Positions 37,601 to 46,850 of a stretch of DNA of 64,000 bases are shown here, piece after piece. The notes beneath the pieces were generated by a model. It saw only the letters and a program-made list of their open reading frames with translations, had not been told where the DNA came from and made no database searches. Origin of the DNA: a virus; IMG/VR virus record IMGVR_UViG_3300045119_000370, positions 1 through 64,000 of that record; one strand, written 5' to 3'. How positions within the stretch are numbered: position 1 is the first letter of the stretch; the number at the start of each line of letters is the position of its first letter. The position numbers and the translations under genes were made by a program.

Positions 37601-40239
37601 GCTACGTCGGCTCGACGCCGGTTCCGTTCCGCGCGCTGCCGATGAGTATGTTCATGGGCGCACCGTCCTTTGCGTGGGGGTTGAGTTACAGCGACCAAGG
37701 CAGTTACAACAACGCCAGCACCACTGGGACGACACCTAATCCGAGCTACGGCAGTTCCGGCACCAGCAGCCAGCCCACGTCGACGACGTCATACTCGTAC
37801 AGTGGTCCGGGCGCTGGTCTGAGTTCACCATCGTACTCTTACGCCTCGTCCGGTGCGAGCAGCAATGCGTCGACGTCGTACTGGTCACCTACCGCGACGA
37901 TGAGCAGTATGACACTGGGTTCTGGTTCCAGTTCCAGTTCATCGGCGTTTAGTGGTGTCAGTTCTGGGGCTTCGCTTGGTAGCGGGTCGTTCTCTTCGCC
38001 GTTCTCGTTTGGGGACTTGGCTGGGGCTGGGCGTGGCATAGCCAGTTTTGCTAATGCTATGATTTCACCAACACCGGCTTACGGCATGTCCGGTAGTAGG
38101 GGTTTTGATTCTCTTGTTGGGTCCAGTGCACTTGATACCCTTGCTGGGTTGGTGCCCACGCCGCTGGTCCGCCCCGGCACTCCTCCTCTGACTTTTGGGA
38201 TGCGGAATAGTCCGGCCGTTGCCGATTGGCAGCGAACACTGATCAGTCATGGCTACACTGTCAGTGTTGATGGTGACTATGGTCCCGAGACACTCGCAGC
38301 GACGCGGGCCTACGAGCGCGACAATTCGATGATGACCGGCGTGCCTATCCACAGGCCCGCTGGGGTTGTTGGGATACAGGACGTCATCAACGCGGGTCTG
38401 CGGACGCGCGGCATTATTTCTGGAGGTGGTTCGTTCGGCGTTCCGGGCCATGGACGTGGTCGTTTTGATTATGGTGGAGGCGGCTTTGGCGTCCCCGGTG
38501 GCCCGGTTCCGTCCGCCGGCATAACTCCAACTCCACTGCATTTCGCTGGTGGTGCGATACTGACCCCGGGGCTTTCTGATCTCCTCGCGGTCACGAACGA
38601 CTTTTCGGTGCTTGGCGATGAGATGGGCAGCTTATATCGCGGGCATGGACCGGGGAGGAGTCCGACAGGTCCGGCGGCACCAAGTTACGGTGGTGCCTTC
38701 CCTTGGGGCGTGCCCGGGGCGCGGGTAGGTTATCCCGGTGTCGGTGTACCGGCCTCGATGTCAGGCACTTTCGGCGACATACTGCATCCGCGTTTGGGCG
38801 GTGGTTATGTCGCGCCGACACCTCCAAGACCACCGGCACCTTATAATCCGGGGGCACTGCTTGCCGGTATCAATGCCCCGAATTGGTCGCTGGCTATGCG
38901 TCGTGCTGGTCTGTGGAAGCCGCCACCGAGTATTTTCAGTCCAGCACCGGGTGTTTTTCCGCCCGGCATGCCGCTGAATGTTCCGTTCCCGTCGATCACT
39001 TATGGGACTATTCCACCTTATCCGATGTTCCAGCCCAGTGCTCCCGGCCAGCCCGGAGGCGTAGGCTACGTGCCACCTCCTCCACCAGATGACAGCATTG
39101 GCGGTGTACTCAATGCGTTGGGAAGAGCCGCTGGCGCTGCTGGACGCTTTCTTAACCCGCTCACTATCTACGAGAGGATTTATGGTCCGCAGGGCAGTCT
39201 CAGTACGCCGCGTGGTGGCGGCTTGATGCAGTTGGCCGGATATTTTCCAGCCAACCCTTATGGTGGTGCCGTCGATCCGCATGGTTCACCACTAAACGCT
39301 TTTCCGCCAGCGGGGCTTTTCAACCGGTTTCCCAGCCCGTCGGGTGGTGGTGAGCAACGTTATTACAATAGGGAACAGTACGAGCGCGTTTACGGACCCA
39401 TCACCAACGAAGAGTGGCAGCAGTATATGAATGGTCGGAACGACCCTTCACTAGATAAGGGCGATGTGCCGACCAGTCGTTTGGTGTCGCCCGGCTTGTT
39501 GCAGATGGTGTCGGATATCCTACCGGGAGGCAGCGCGGGCGGAATTTTCATGCCGAGACTCAATCCTCCGGCCGCAGGGCTTTATCACGCACCATTTGTG
39601 TCCGCGATGCCTAGTGGTCTGACACCTGCTGGAATGCGTCGCTTGGGTGGTCAGTATCGTCAGCCATATGGTGAGCCGACTACCACTCTTGGTAAGGAGA
39701 TTAGGGACAGAAACGCTTTTTGGCCTAAGTCTACCCGTGACAATATGATGATACAATTACCTGAATTTCTTTATTCTACCGAGGCTTTCCGAAGACAGAT
39801 GATAGACCAAGGCGGTTCGTCATTGGGAGCGCAGTTGCATGGTGGTGGCGTCGTTGGGTCGACGCCGGTTCCACACCGCTGGGTCTCATCCAGTATATTC
39901 AAGCACGCGCCGCGCCTTCAGCATGGTCTTGCCGCCGATGAGTACCCTGCTATCCTCCATGCCGGCGAGACGGTGACCCCGGCATCCGGTCGTCCGAGAT
40001 CGTCGGGATCGCCAACGGTCGTCGTCAACACGCCGCCACAGCAGGCACCCGTTGTGACCGTCAACGTCATCAACAATTCCGGCGCTCAGGTTAATACTAA
40101 CTCGTCGCAGGAGAACGGCAACGTGCGGCTCGACATCGTACTTGATGAGATGGTCAGTGCGAAAATGCGCGATGGTGGCTCGCGCATCGCACGGACAATG
40201 TCGTCGATGGGTGCACGTGGACAACCAGTGAGGCGGTGA
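34657..40239 (+). CDS. Tape measure protein with long low-complexity C-terminal region and PG-binding domain
   Basis: N-terminal tape-measure domain (L.RAMATG.LRG..LN.V); HGGG.VG/EYPAIL motifs; VADWQRTL..GY..SVDGDYGPET..A.RAY. Confidence 0.9.
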   Translation: MAQELGEVNVVVRVVTGDMEQSLARARKSAEDFSNASQGHFKKSEAAMEGARAQAELLKFAMDKLKEAMVLGGVSLGIEKVIEVTSAWTDLNSRLTELTGSGKQAEAAFNRLIDVANRTYSSVDRTVEGYLELSESLKGLGLSNKTTLDFVEALNDALVVSGAKGERAVAVQEALTRAMATGSLRGYQLNTVIQRGGKVAELLAEQLGKTVPQLRELGREGKITGDVILQSLVGNIDELGKAADRMPATMLDAFLRVGNSVEEFIYKVDKGTGGTSALAAGLVDVAKAIHDSVEPAIRLINGSMEGLNNMMTGFGVNSAAAGEIVRDVFVVIIGGVAVRATIALAEAIGRQLVGAVMLLTRAMILNPIGLFITALVAVGVAVYELRDKIKTAFGVDVMKGMQDFGNAVIRGFLITFDTVKLLVASFTTDFLATFARLGHSMAQVLVSGFIAAMNAITDYLNSHHLSAIAGNRINPDDFKLPDSPAEKSKELDDLTKSINEDILKVMKTDYIKWWGDLAVGVDKATDSTDKAGKATEHITAETEAHAKAMAKLKYELDTAWFTPEQKAVADALHSVFDDQWQAHANDAVAVMAKFNFEIQQQKTALDGMKQTAFQIQTMFMSAADAAAAQAMHSAFPEDWEKHMHDAAAEMERFNSHLKDAYSLTRDFTGTFVHGLLDGKTALDSLNDALKNLENKIIDMALDAVVQGFFAMLTGTSGGTAGNIFTNLLGAGKVTSGVKEAGMYATGGVVGSTPVKKYRGGKLAYDEYPAILHIGERVIPAGGGEPRINLSGEQMTRMFGGTPRFDSGFNAAAAAAGAYTAGDTGAHGSWSTVSGGGGNATLSAWQASQYTGRGGGGTMTLPSARPGGGGGSISLGGGGRRGGGRAGSPRIDRSYIPNYNLIRLLHPFDPFGNADTRIYPEFEAEQGWGGHPNPYTTPVWAWPQGGANRYGKGNRLDRPEQPPSSLTEWEHLIGGGSIFHGGGYVGSTPVPFRALPMSMFMGAPSFAWGLSYSDQGSYNNASTTGTTPNPSYGSSGTSSQPTSTTSYSYSGPGAGLSSPSYSYASSGASSNASTSYWSPTATMSSMTLGSGSSSSSSAFSGVSSGASLGSGSFSSPFSFGDLAGAGRGIASFANAMISPTPAYGMSGSRGFDSLVGSSALDTLAGLVPTPLVRPGTPPLTFGMRNSPAVADWQRTLISHGYTVSVDGDYGPETLAATRAYERDNSMMTGVPIHRPAGVVGIQDVINAGLRTRGIISGGGSFGVPGHGRGRFDYGGGGFGVPGGPVPSAGITPTPLHFAGGAILTPGLSDLLAVTNDFSVLGDEMGSLYRGHGPGRSPTGPAAPSYGGAFPWGVPGARVGYPGVGVPASMSGTFGDILHPRLGGGYVAPTPPRPPAPYNPGALLAGINAPNWSLAMRRAGLWKPPPSIFSPAPGVFPPGMPLNVPFPSITYGTIPPYPMFQPSAPGQPGGVGYVPPPPPDDSIGGVLNALGRAAGAAGRFLNPLTIYERIYGPQGSLSTPRGGGLMQLAGYFPANPYGGAVDPHGSPLNAFPPAGLFNRFPSPSGGGEQRYYNREQYERVYGPITNEEWQQYMNGRNDPSLDKGDVPTSRLVSPGLLQMVSDILPGGSAGGIFMPRLNPPAAGLYHAPFVSAMPSGLTPAGMRRLGGQYRQPYGEPTTTLGKEIRDRNAFWPKSTRDNMMIQLPEFLYSTEAFRRQMIDQGGSSLGAQLHGGGVVGSTPVPHRWVSSSIFKHAPRLQHGLAADEYPAILHAGETVTPASGRPRSSGSPTVVVNTPPQQAPVVTVNVINNSGAQVNTNSSQENGNVRLDIVLDEMVSAKMRDGGSRIARTMSSMGARGQPVRR

Positions 40240-40243
40240 CAGC

Positions 40244-40603
40244 ATGGCTGAGCTATGGCCCGATACACTGCCGCAGAAGCTGAACACGCAAGGTCACAGC
40301 TACAATCTCGGTGACCCCAGTATTCGATCCTCGCCGAGTGTGGGGCCGTCCAAGATACGACCGCGCTCGTCAGCAGTGTCCTCGCCGCTGCAAGGCATGA
40401 TGTATCTGTCGACGGCGCAGCTGGCCACTTTGAAGACCTTCTACAACATCACCGTGCGCGGGTCCGACGTGTTCATTTTCCCCGACCCGGAAGACCCCGA
40501 CAACAAGACACTCTTTTGTCGGTTCACTGGCCCGCCGGGTATCTCGGCGACGCAGGCGGCCAATATGTGGGCGGTCGGTTTGCCGATGGAGGTCATCCCG
40601 TAA
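40244..40603 (+). CDS. Distal tail protein (lambda gpM-like)
   Basis: WP.TLP, G..K.R.RS, F.FPDP; position. Confidence 0.8.
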   Translation: MAELWPDTLPQKLNTQGHSYNLGDPSIRSSPSVGPSKIRPRSSAVSSPLQGMMYLSTAQLATLKTFYNITVRGSDVFIFPDPEDPDNKTLFCRFTGPPGISATQAANMWAVGLPMEVIP

Positions 40604-41122
40604 ATGTCACGCCCTCTGACTCCAGCGATGATCCTAGCGTTGACCGGTCAGCAGACCGATGAGGTCTTCGTGGTGCTGGTCACCTTCTCATACCCCGCTG
40701 TCTCACCCACCACCGTATTGCGCTTTTCGTCCGACCCGACCGTGCGCCATTCGGTGACGCCATTGGTTTACAAGACGGTTTCTAACGGCCTCGATTACTT
40801 CTACGTGCCGATGGCGATCACGCTGCCCGGCGACACCATCGATTCGCCTACCAGTGCTCAGCTGAGTGTTTCGAACGTCGGCCTCGAACTGATCAACATC
40901 CTGCGCTCGATGAACGTCGGCGACAAACCGGCGTCGGTCGACATGAACCTCGTACTGGCGTCGGACCCGAACACCATCGGCTACAACATCCCGACGATGG
41001 ACATGGTCCAAGCCGATTGGGACGAGCAGTCAGTCAATCTGACGCTCAACATCGAGGCGCTCGACCGCGAGCCGTTCCCCGCCGGCAATTTCGACCCGAG
41101 TTGGTTTCCGGCGCTGTTCTGA
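40604..41122 (+). CDS. Tail tip protein (DUF1833/gpL-like)
   Basis: P..ITLP.D, L.VSNV, REPFP..F.P..FPALF. Confidence 0.8.
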   Translation: MSRPLTPAMILALTGQQTDEVFVVLVTFSYPAVSPTTVLRFSSDPTVRHSVTPLVYKTVSNGLDYFYVPMAITLPGDTIDSPTSAQLSVSNVGLELINILRSMNVGDKPASVDMNLVLASDPNTIGYNIPTMDMVQADWDEQSVNLTLNIEALDREPFPAGNFDPSWFPALF

Positions 41123-41538
41123 TGGCTGACCCATTCGACGAGTTCGTCGGCATCCCGTTTCTGGACCGTGGCCGGACGGTCGAGGGTGCCGATTGCTGGG
41201 GCCTGTTTCGGCTGGCCCTACTTAAAGTCGCCGGTCTGGAGTTGCCGGCCTACGACGAGCATTATGCGTCGTGCGTCGAACGCCGGGCCAACGCCGACAT
41301 GATCCAAGGGGTGATAGGAGACTGGCAGGAGGTGCCTGCGGGGGGCGAGGAGCGCTTTGACGCGATCCTGATGAGGGATGGTCGCTTCGACAGCCACATC
41401 GCGCTGGTGACGCGCCCCGGGCGTATGCTGCACACGTATCAAGGCGGGCAATCGTGCGTCGACCGCTACCTTAACAGCCCATTCCGCGAGAGGATCGTCC
41501 GCTTCTACCGGCACCGCTCGCTGCTCAAGGACGGATAG
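41122..41538 (+). CDS. NlpC/P60 tail-assembly protein (gpK-like)
   Basis: VGIPF..GR..GADCWGL, HIAL..MLH, FYRH. Confidence 0.9.
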   Translation: MADPFDEFVGIPFLDRGRTVEGADCWGLFRLALLKVAGLELPAYDEHYASCVERRANADMIQGVIGDWQEVPAGGEERFDAILMRDGRFDSHIALVTRPGRMLHTYQGGQSCVDRYLNSPFRERIVRFYRHRSLLKDG

Positions 41539-41540
41539 CT

Positions 41541-44500
41541 TTGGTCTCGACCGAACTCTTCATCCCACCTCGTGAGCCGATGCGCGTCCTTGGTGGGCGG
41601 CATCCGCTCACCAACGAGCACCGACAGGTCGAGGTCGAGGCCGGCGCGACCATTGCCGAAGCGCTCGACATCGCGATTGCCAGCACCGGTCTCGATTGGC
41701 CACCGGAACGTTTCGTGGCTTCCGTGAACGACGTTCGGGTTCCGCGCGAGTATTGGCACCGGGTCCGCCCCAAGCCCGGCACCATGGTCATCTTTCGACC
41801 GGTGGCTTCCGGGCAGGAATCGCTGCGCACACTGTTGTTCTTGGGCATTGCGGTCGCCGCGCTGTTCATCGCGCCGTTCATCGCCGGACCAGCCATACTC
41901 GGTTTGACGGGTGCCGCTTTGAGCGCCGGCACTGCGTTGATCGGCGGCGCGATCACCATCGGTGGCGCGCTCCTTCTGAACGCGCTGATGCCGCTCAGGC
42001 CACCACAGCAGGACACCGGTCAGCCCAAGACCCTACCGATGATCTCTGGTGCATCGAACGAGGCGCGACCATGGGGATCGATCCCGGTGGTGCTTGGCCG
42101 GCACCGCATTTCGCCGATGTACGCGGCGATGCCGTACTCGTTCTTTTCCGGCAACAAGCAGTATATGAACCTGATTTTCTGCGTGGGCTACGGACCACTG
42201 CACATCGAGCCGGCCAGTTTGCGTATCGGCGACACGCCAATCACTCAGTTCGAGGAGGTCCAAAAGGAGATCGACGAGGGTCGTGACCCTCTGACTGCCG
42301 TCGAAAATATCATCACGTTGTTCCCGCGCAACGTTAATGAACTCCCGCTTGGTCAAGTTTTGAAGAGTAGCTTTCAGTGGGTCAACCGGGTCACGGGCGA
42401 CCTTACTCGCACGATCTCCATCGACGTGATCGCGGCGCAGGGCATCTGGATTTTCGACAAGAAGACCGGCAAGTACAAGGACCGGCCGGTGACCGTCAAC
42501 GTCCAGTACCGAAAATATGTCAAGGGCCAAGCGGCCAACGCAGGCTGGATTGCCCGACCCAATATCGTCTTCCACGTAAATCGTGACACGTACCGCAAAG
42601 GCGATCAGTGGAACGTGCTCCCGGCCGGCTTCTGGGAAGTGCGCTTGCGCAAGGTGACCGCTGATTATCCCGTAGGCGGCAAGGATCAGGTTGCCGACAC
42701 CATCATCTGGCAGACACTGCGTGGGTTCCAGACCGGCGTTCCGATCTACTTCCCGCAGCGGTTAGCACTGATTGGTTTGCGTGTACGTGCCACCGACCAG
42801 TTCAATGGCGTCATCAACAGCTTCAATTGCATCGCGCAGAGTTACGTCAGCCACTGGAACGGCTCGACATGGGTACCGGGCACTCTGTCATCCAACCCCG
42901 GCGACCTGTTCCTGCAAGTTTTGACCGGCCCGGCGAACGCGAGACCGCGCACGGCAGCGCAGATCGATTACGACAGCATTCAGCGCTGGGCCAAGGATTG
43001 TACCGACCGTGGCTTCACTTACAACGCCGTGATCTCCGATCAGCGGACGGTGCGTGAGGTGCTCTCTGACATCGCCGCTGCCGGTCGTGCCACCGTCGCA
43101 CTGAGAAACGGCAAGTGGGGCGTCAGCTTCGCACGCAATAGCGATGATGTTTCGTGGCACTTCACGCCACGCAACAGTTCGGGTTTGAAGTCGACGCGGA
43201 CCTACCGCGAGATGCCCCATGCCTTGCGCGTCCGCTACATCGATGGCTCGGTGAAAGGCGATTGGAAGCAGAGCGAGAACATCGTTTACAACGACACGCC
43301 TGATGGCAGTGGTCCCAATGGTCAGTACACTGCGGCTACCGCCCATCTGTACGAGACGGTCGAGTTCCCCGGCATCACCGATAAGTCGCTAGTCCACAAG
43401 TCGGCACGCTTCCAGCTGGCGCAAGCCTTGCTCAGGCCCGAGACCCATACACTTACTGCCGATATCGAGTCGCTGCGACTGGAGCGTGGCGACAAAGTTA
43501 TCCTGTCAACTGACACTCTGCTCATCGGTACTGGTTATGGTCGCGTCATCTCGGTCGATCCGATTACTCAGACTGTCGTGGTCGACAGCCGCGTCATCAT
43601 GGAGCCGGGCAAGACCTATCAGGTCAAGTTCACGATAGTCGTCGCTGGCCTCCCTCAATTCTTGACGCGCACGGTGCTCAACAGTTCGAGTGAGACCGAC
43701 GTACTTCACCTTGCTCCCTACGACGTGCCGCCCACCATGCCGGCCCCGGGAAACTTGTTCTCGTTCGGCACGACCTTACTGGTCACCAACGATTATAGAG
43801 TGCTCGACGTTCGTCCCGGTGCCGATCTCAGTGCGCAATTCATGCTGGTCGACGACGCGCCCAATATCGAGTACGAGGGCGACATCCCGGACTACGACCC
43901 CGGCATGGACGGACAGCCTAACCCGTACACCCTGACCCCGCAGAGCATAACTTTCAACGAGAGCTTTTCGGGCTACGGGTATCAGGCCAAGTCGACCGTG
44001 CAACTGACCGTGCAAATCCCGCGCGTCGGCACCATCAGGGCATTCGAGTTCCAGTCTTTGGACGTCGACAACAATGGTGACTGGACACCCTTCGCAGTCG
44101 TTAACGCACCGCTCCTGACCGCGACCAAGGACAACATGGAGCCGGGCAACTACCAGTTCCGTGTGCGTGCACTGTTTCGGGAAGATTACTCGTCCGGTCC
44201 CAACGACTTCTCCGCTTGGGTGGATCAGATCACAGGCATGGACGGCTTGTTGGTCGACATCGTGCGCGTGCACAATTTCTTCGAACTGCCGCCCGACGTC
44301 GAGAACTTCCATCTTACCATTCTCGGCGACATCATGCGCTTCGAGTGGGACGCGGTCTCTGCCTTCAATTTGGCTTACTACCGGATCAGGTACAACGCGG
44401 TCACCGACACGAGTGCATTGTGGGGTAGTTCGGTCGAACTCACTACCACGACCGCGACCAGCTTCACCACACCGACCCGGTCGGGCACTTATCTGATCAA

Positions 44501-46841
44501 GGCGGTGACCTTCGCTCAAGCCGAATCGCAGAACGAGAACGACATCGTCGTCGTCACCACGGCTGGCCCGCACGCCAATATCTTGGACACGTTCTACGAG
44601 GCCCCTTTCAGCCCGAACTTCCCCGGCACGCATCACTTCACGCAGGTGCAGGGTGGCTTGCTGCTGACGTTGACCGTCGGCACGTCGATCATAACCGCCA
44701 TCACCAGTCTCGGTCTGAACGCCAATATGAGACTTCTGCTGGAGTCCGGCACGCTCGCGTCATGGCCGGGCAGCGGTCAGAAGTGGCTCGACGAGTCGGG
44801 CAATGGCTACGACTTCTTCCTTGGTCCCGACGGCACGGTTGCGGCGGCCGGCGATCCAGCCTTTGTCGGCGCACCGGGTGATGCGACGCGCAACGCTTAC
44901 TGGAACTTCGACGGTAACGACTATTTCACATACGACGCTGTCAACGAAGCGTGGATGGACAACCTCCACATGGCCGGGGCCAAATGGTCAGCGGTGTTCT
45001 CGGTCTACATACCGACGCTCGGCGTTGACTATCATCTGGCCGGCACTGCTGGTCACGACAGTACCAAGGTCGGCTTCAATCTTTTCATCACTGGCAACCA
45101 TCTGGAGTTGGACGTTTCCAATGGTGGAGTGGGGTCTCTTGCGGCCTCCGGTTCTTTGGTGATCAACACGGTCGGTTGGCACGTTGTCGGTGTCAGTGTC
45201 GATGAGGCGGCAGGCATCGGGACGTTCATGATCGACAACGTGACCGAAGACTTCGTTGGGTACTACGACACCCCGTCGACTGCGGCCTCCGCGTACAAGA
45301 TGCAGATCGGTTCGGCAGGTAACGCGGCCTTCAAGGTGCCCAATGGCACACGCTTACGCGCGTTCGGGATTTGGGAAGGCGTGATACTGACCCCGGAGCA
45401 AATGCTCGCGCTGGCAAACATGGCGAAAGCCAGCCAGAACTACACCTTGAACCAAGGCTTCTACCAGTTCGCTCAGTACGTCGATTTGGGCAGGGTCTAC
45501 ACGTCGCGCATCACGGCTAATGTGACTGCTCACGGCATCAGTGCCGGCGATACCATGGATCACTGGACGACGCTCGCCGACGTCGCCAAACTCGATACCT
45601 CCGACCCGTCGTCATGGTCAATCGAGACGGTCTATGTCACCAGCGACGGACCCCAACCGAAGTCGATTCTGCAACTGATCACTGACCAAGGTCTGCTTAC
45701 CAATCTGAAGCTCTGTCTGGAGGCCGGCAATTCCCCGTCATGGCCCGGTACCGGTCAGAAGTGGCTCGACGAGTCCGGTGGTGGCTATGACTTCTTTCTT
45801 GGTCCCGATGCCACCGTCTCTGCAACCACTGATCCAGCCTATGTCGGCAGCTTCGCTACGCTTCAGAGGTGGAGCGGCTACTGGAACTTCAACGCCACCA
45901 GCTATTTCACATACGATAGCGTCAACGAGACGTGGATGGACGCGATCCACAAGGACAACGCCAAATTCTCGATATTGATCAGTTTGTATGTGGCCACCCT
46001 CGACAGTCTTTCACACTACCTGACTGGTGATACTAACTCGGTCACGCAAGTCGGTTTCCAGATATATATCGCCAACAACAAGCTGGTCTTTCTCACCACC
46101 AACGGCACGGCGCAGTCTTATGGGATCACGAGCAACCTGACCATCGCCGCGATTGGCTGGCACACGGTCGGGATCACCATCGACGAAGCAGCCGGTACAG
46201 GCACGTTCATACTCGATGACGCCAAGCAGGATTTTACAGGTGTGGTCTTTGCCAGCCCGTCGGCAGCGACCGCGACTTTCAAGATGCAGATTGGTGCGGC
46301 CGGCAATGCAGCCGGGATAATTCAGGCTGGCTGGCACGTCCACTCTGTTGCGATGTGGCAGGGTACGGCTTTGACCTCGTCCCAGTTGGCCGCAATCGGC
46401 TCGGCCATCCAGCACAACGACGACCTCATCTTCGGCGACACATGGCAACCGTTCTCGATCACCGACGTGACGGCGCGCGCCATCGTCTTCGGCATCCGTC
46501 TGAACGGATCGGTCGATGGCTCAGTGTCTCCCGCCGTGGTGAAGCTCAGTGTGACCGTCGACATGCCCGACCGGCACGAGGGCTATCACTTCGACAACGG
46601 CGCTGGTGGTGGTTCAGGTACGTCACCGGGCGGTTTCACCATCCTCTTCGATCCGCCGTTCAAAAAGCTGACCGACATCACCCTCGCCAATTACAATCTC
46701 AACACCACGAACGGCGCGGAGCGTTACTCGATCCTGTCGAGGGATGAAAATCACGTTACCATCATCTTCCAGAATAACAGTACGGTGCTTGATCGGTCTT
46801 TCGATCTGCACGCTTACGGTTACGGCGAAGTGGTCCCATAA
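41541..46841 (+). CDS. Central tail tip/host-specificity protein (gpI-like + gpJ-like) with FN3 and duplicated LamG-like domains
   Basis: W.RVRPKPG, N.ARPWG.IPVVLGRH, SNPG, FTPRNS, RGD.V; repeated SWPG.GQKWLDESG.GYDFFLG. Confidence 0.9.
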   Translation: MVSTELFIPPREPMRVLGGRHPLTNEHRQVEVEAGATIAEALDIAIASTGLDWPPERFVASVNDVRVPREYWHRVRPKPGTMVIFRPVASGQESLRTLLFLGIAVAALFIAPFIAGPAILGLTGAALSAGTALIGGAITIGGALLLNALMPLRPPQQDTGQPKTLPMISGASNEARPWGSIPVVLGRHRISPMYAAMPYSFFSGNKQYMNLIFCVGYGPLHIEPASLRIGDTPITQFEEVQKEIDEGRDPLTAVENIITLFPRNVNELPLGQVLKSSFQWVNRVTGDLTRTISIDVIAAQGIWIFDKKTGKYKDRPVTVNVQYRKYVKGQAANAGWIARPNIVFHVNRDTYRKGDQWNVLPAGFWEVRLRKVTADYPVGGKDQVADTIIWQTLRGFQTGVPIYFPQRLALIGLRVRATDQFNGVINSFNCIAQSYVSHWNGSTWVPGTLSSNPGDLFLQVLTGPANARPRTAAQIDYDSIQRWAKDCTDRGFTYNAVISDQRTVREVLSDIAAAGRATVALRNGKWGVSFARNSDDVSWHFTPRNSSGLKSTRTYREMPHALRVRYIDGSVKGDWKQSENIVYNDTPDGSGPNGQYTAATAHLYETVEFPGITDKSLVHKSARFQLAQALLRPETHTLTADIESLRLERGDKVILSTDTLLIGTGYGRVISVDPITQTVVVDSRVIMEPGKTYQVKFTIVVAGLPQFLTRTVLNSSSETDVLHLAPYDVPPTMPAPGNLFSFGTTLLVTNDYRVLDVRPGADLSAQFMLVDDAPNIEYEGDIPDYDPGMDGQPNPYTLTPQSITFNESFSGYGYQAKSTVQLTVQIPRVGTIRAFEFQSLDVDNNGDWTPFAVVNAPLLTATKDNMEPGNYQFRVRALFREDYSSGPNDFSAWVDQITGMDGLLVDIVRVHNFFELPPDVENFHLTILGDIMRFEWDAVSAFNLAYYRIRYNAVTDTSALWGSSVELTTTTATSFTTPTRSGTYLIKAVTFAQAESQNENDIVVVTTAGPHANILDTFYEAPFSPNFPGTHHFTQVQGGLLLTLTVGTSIITAITSLGLNANMRLLLESGTLASWPGSGQKWLDESGNGYDFFLGPDGTVAAAGDPAFVGAPGDATRNAYWNFDGNDYFTYDAVNEAWMDNLHMAGAKWSAVFSVYIPTLGVDYHLAGTAGHDSTKVGFNLFITGNHLELDVSNGGVGSLAASGSLVINTVGWHVVGVSVDEAAGIGTFMIDNVTEDFVGYYDTPSTAASAYKMQIGSAGNAAFKVPNGTRLRAFGIWEGVILTPEQMLALANMAKASQNYTLNQGFYQFAQYVDLGRVYTSRITANVTAHGISAGDTMDHWTTLADVAKLDTSDPSSWSIETVYVTSDGPQPKSILQLITDQGLLTNLKLCLEAGNSPSWPGTGQKWLDESGGGYDFFLGPDATVSATTDPAYVGSFATLQRWSGYWNFNATSYFTYDSVNETWMDAIHKDNAKFSILISLYVATLDSLSHYLTGDTNSVTQVGFQIYIANNKLVFLTTNGTAQSYGITSNLTIAAIGWHTVGITIDEAAGTGTFILDDAKQDFTGVVFASPSAATATFKMQIGAAGNAAGIIQAGWHVHSVAMWQGTALTSSQLAAIGSAIQHNDDLIFGDTWQPFSITDVTARAIVFGIRLNGSVDGSVSPAVVKLSVTVDMPDRHEGYHFDNGAGGGSGTSPGGFTILFDPPFKKLTDITLANYNLNTTNGAERYSILSRDENHVTIIFQNNSTVLDRSFDLHAYGYGEVVP

Positions 46842-46850
46842 GGTGAAACC

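Noticed and set aside
36880-39990. Intein or intron in the tape measure gene
   Set aside because: No intein terminal or endonuclease motifs, and the frame is uninterrupted
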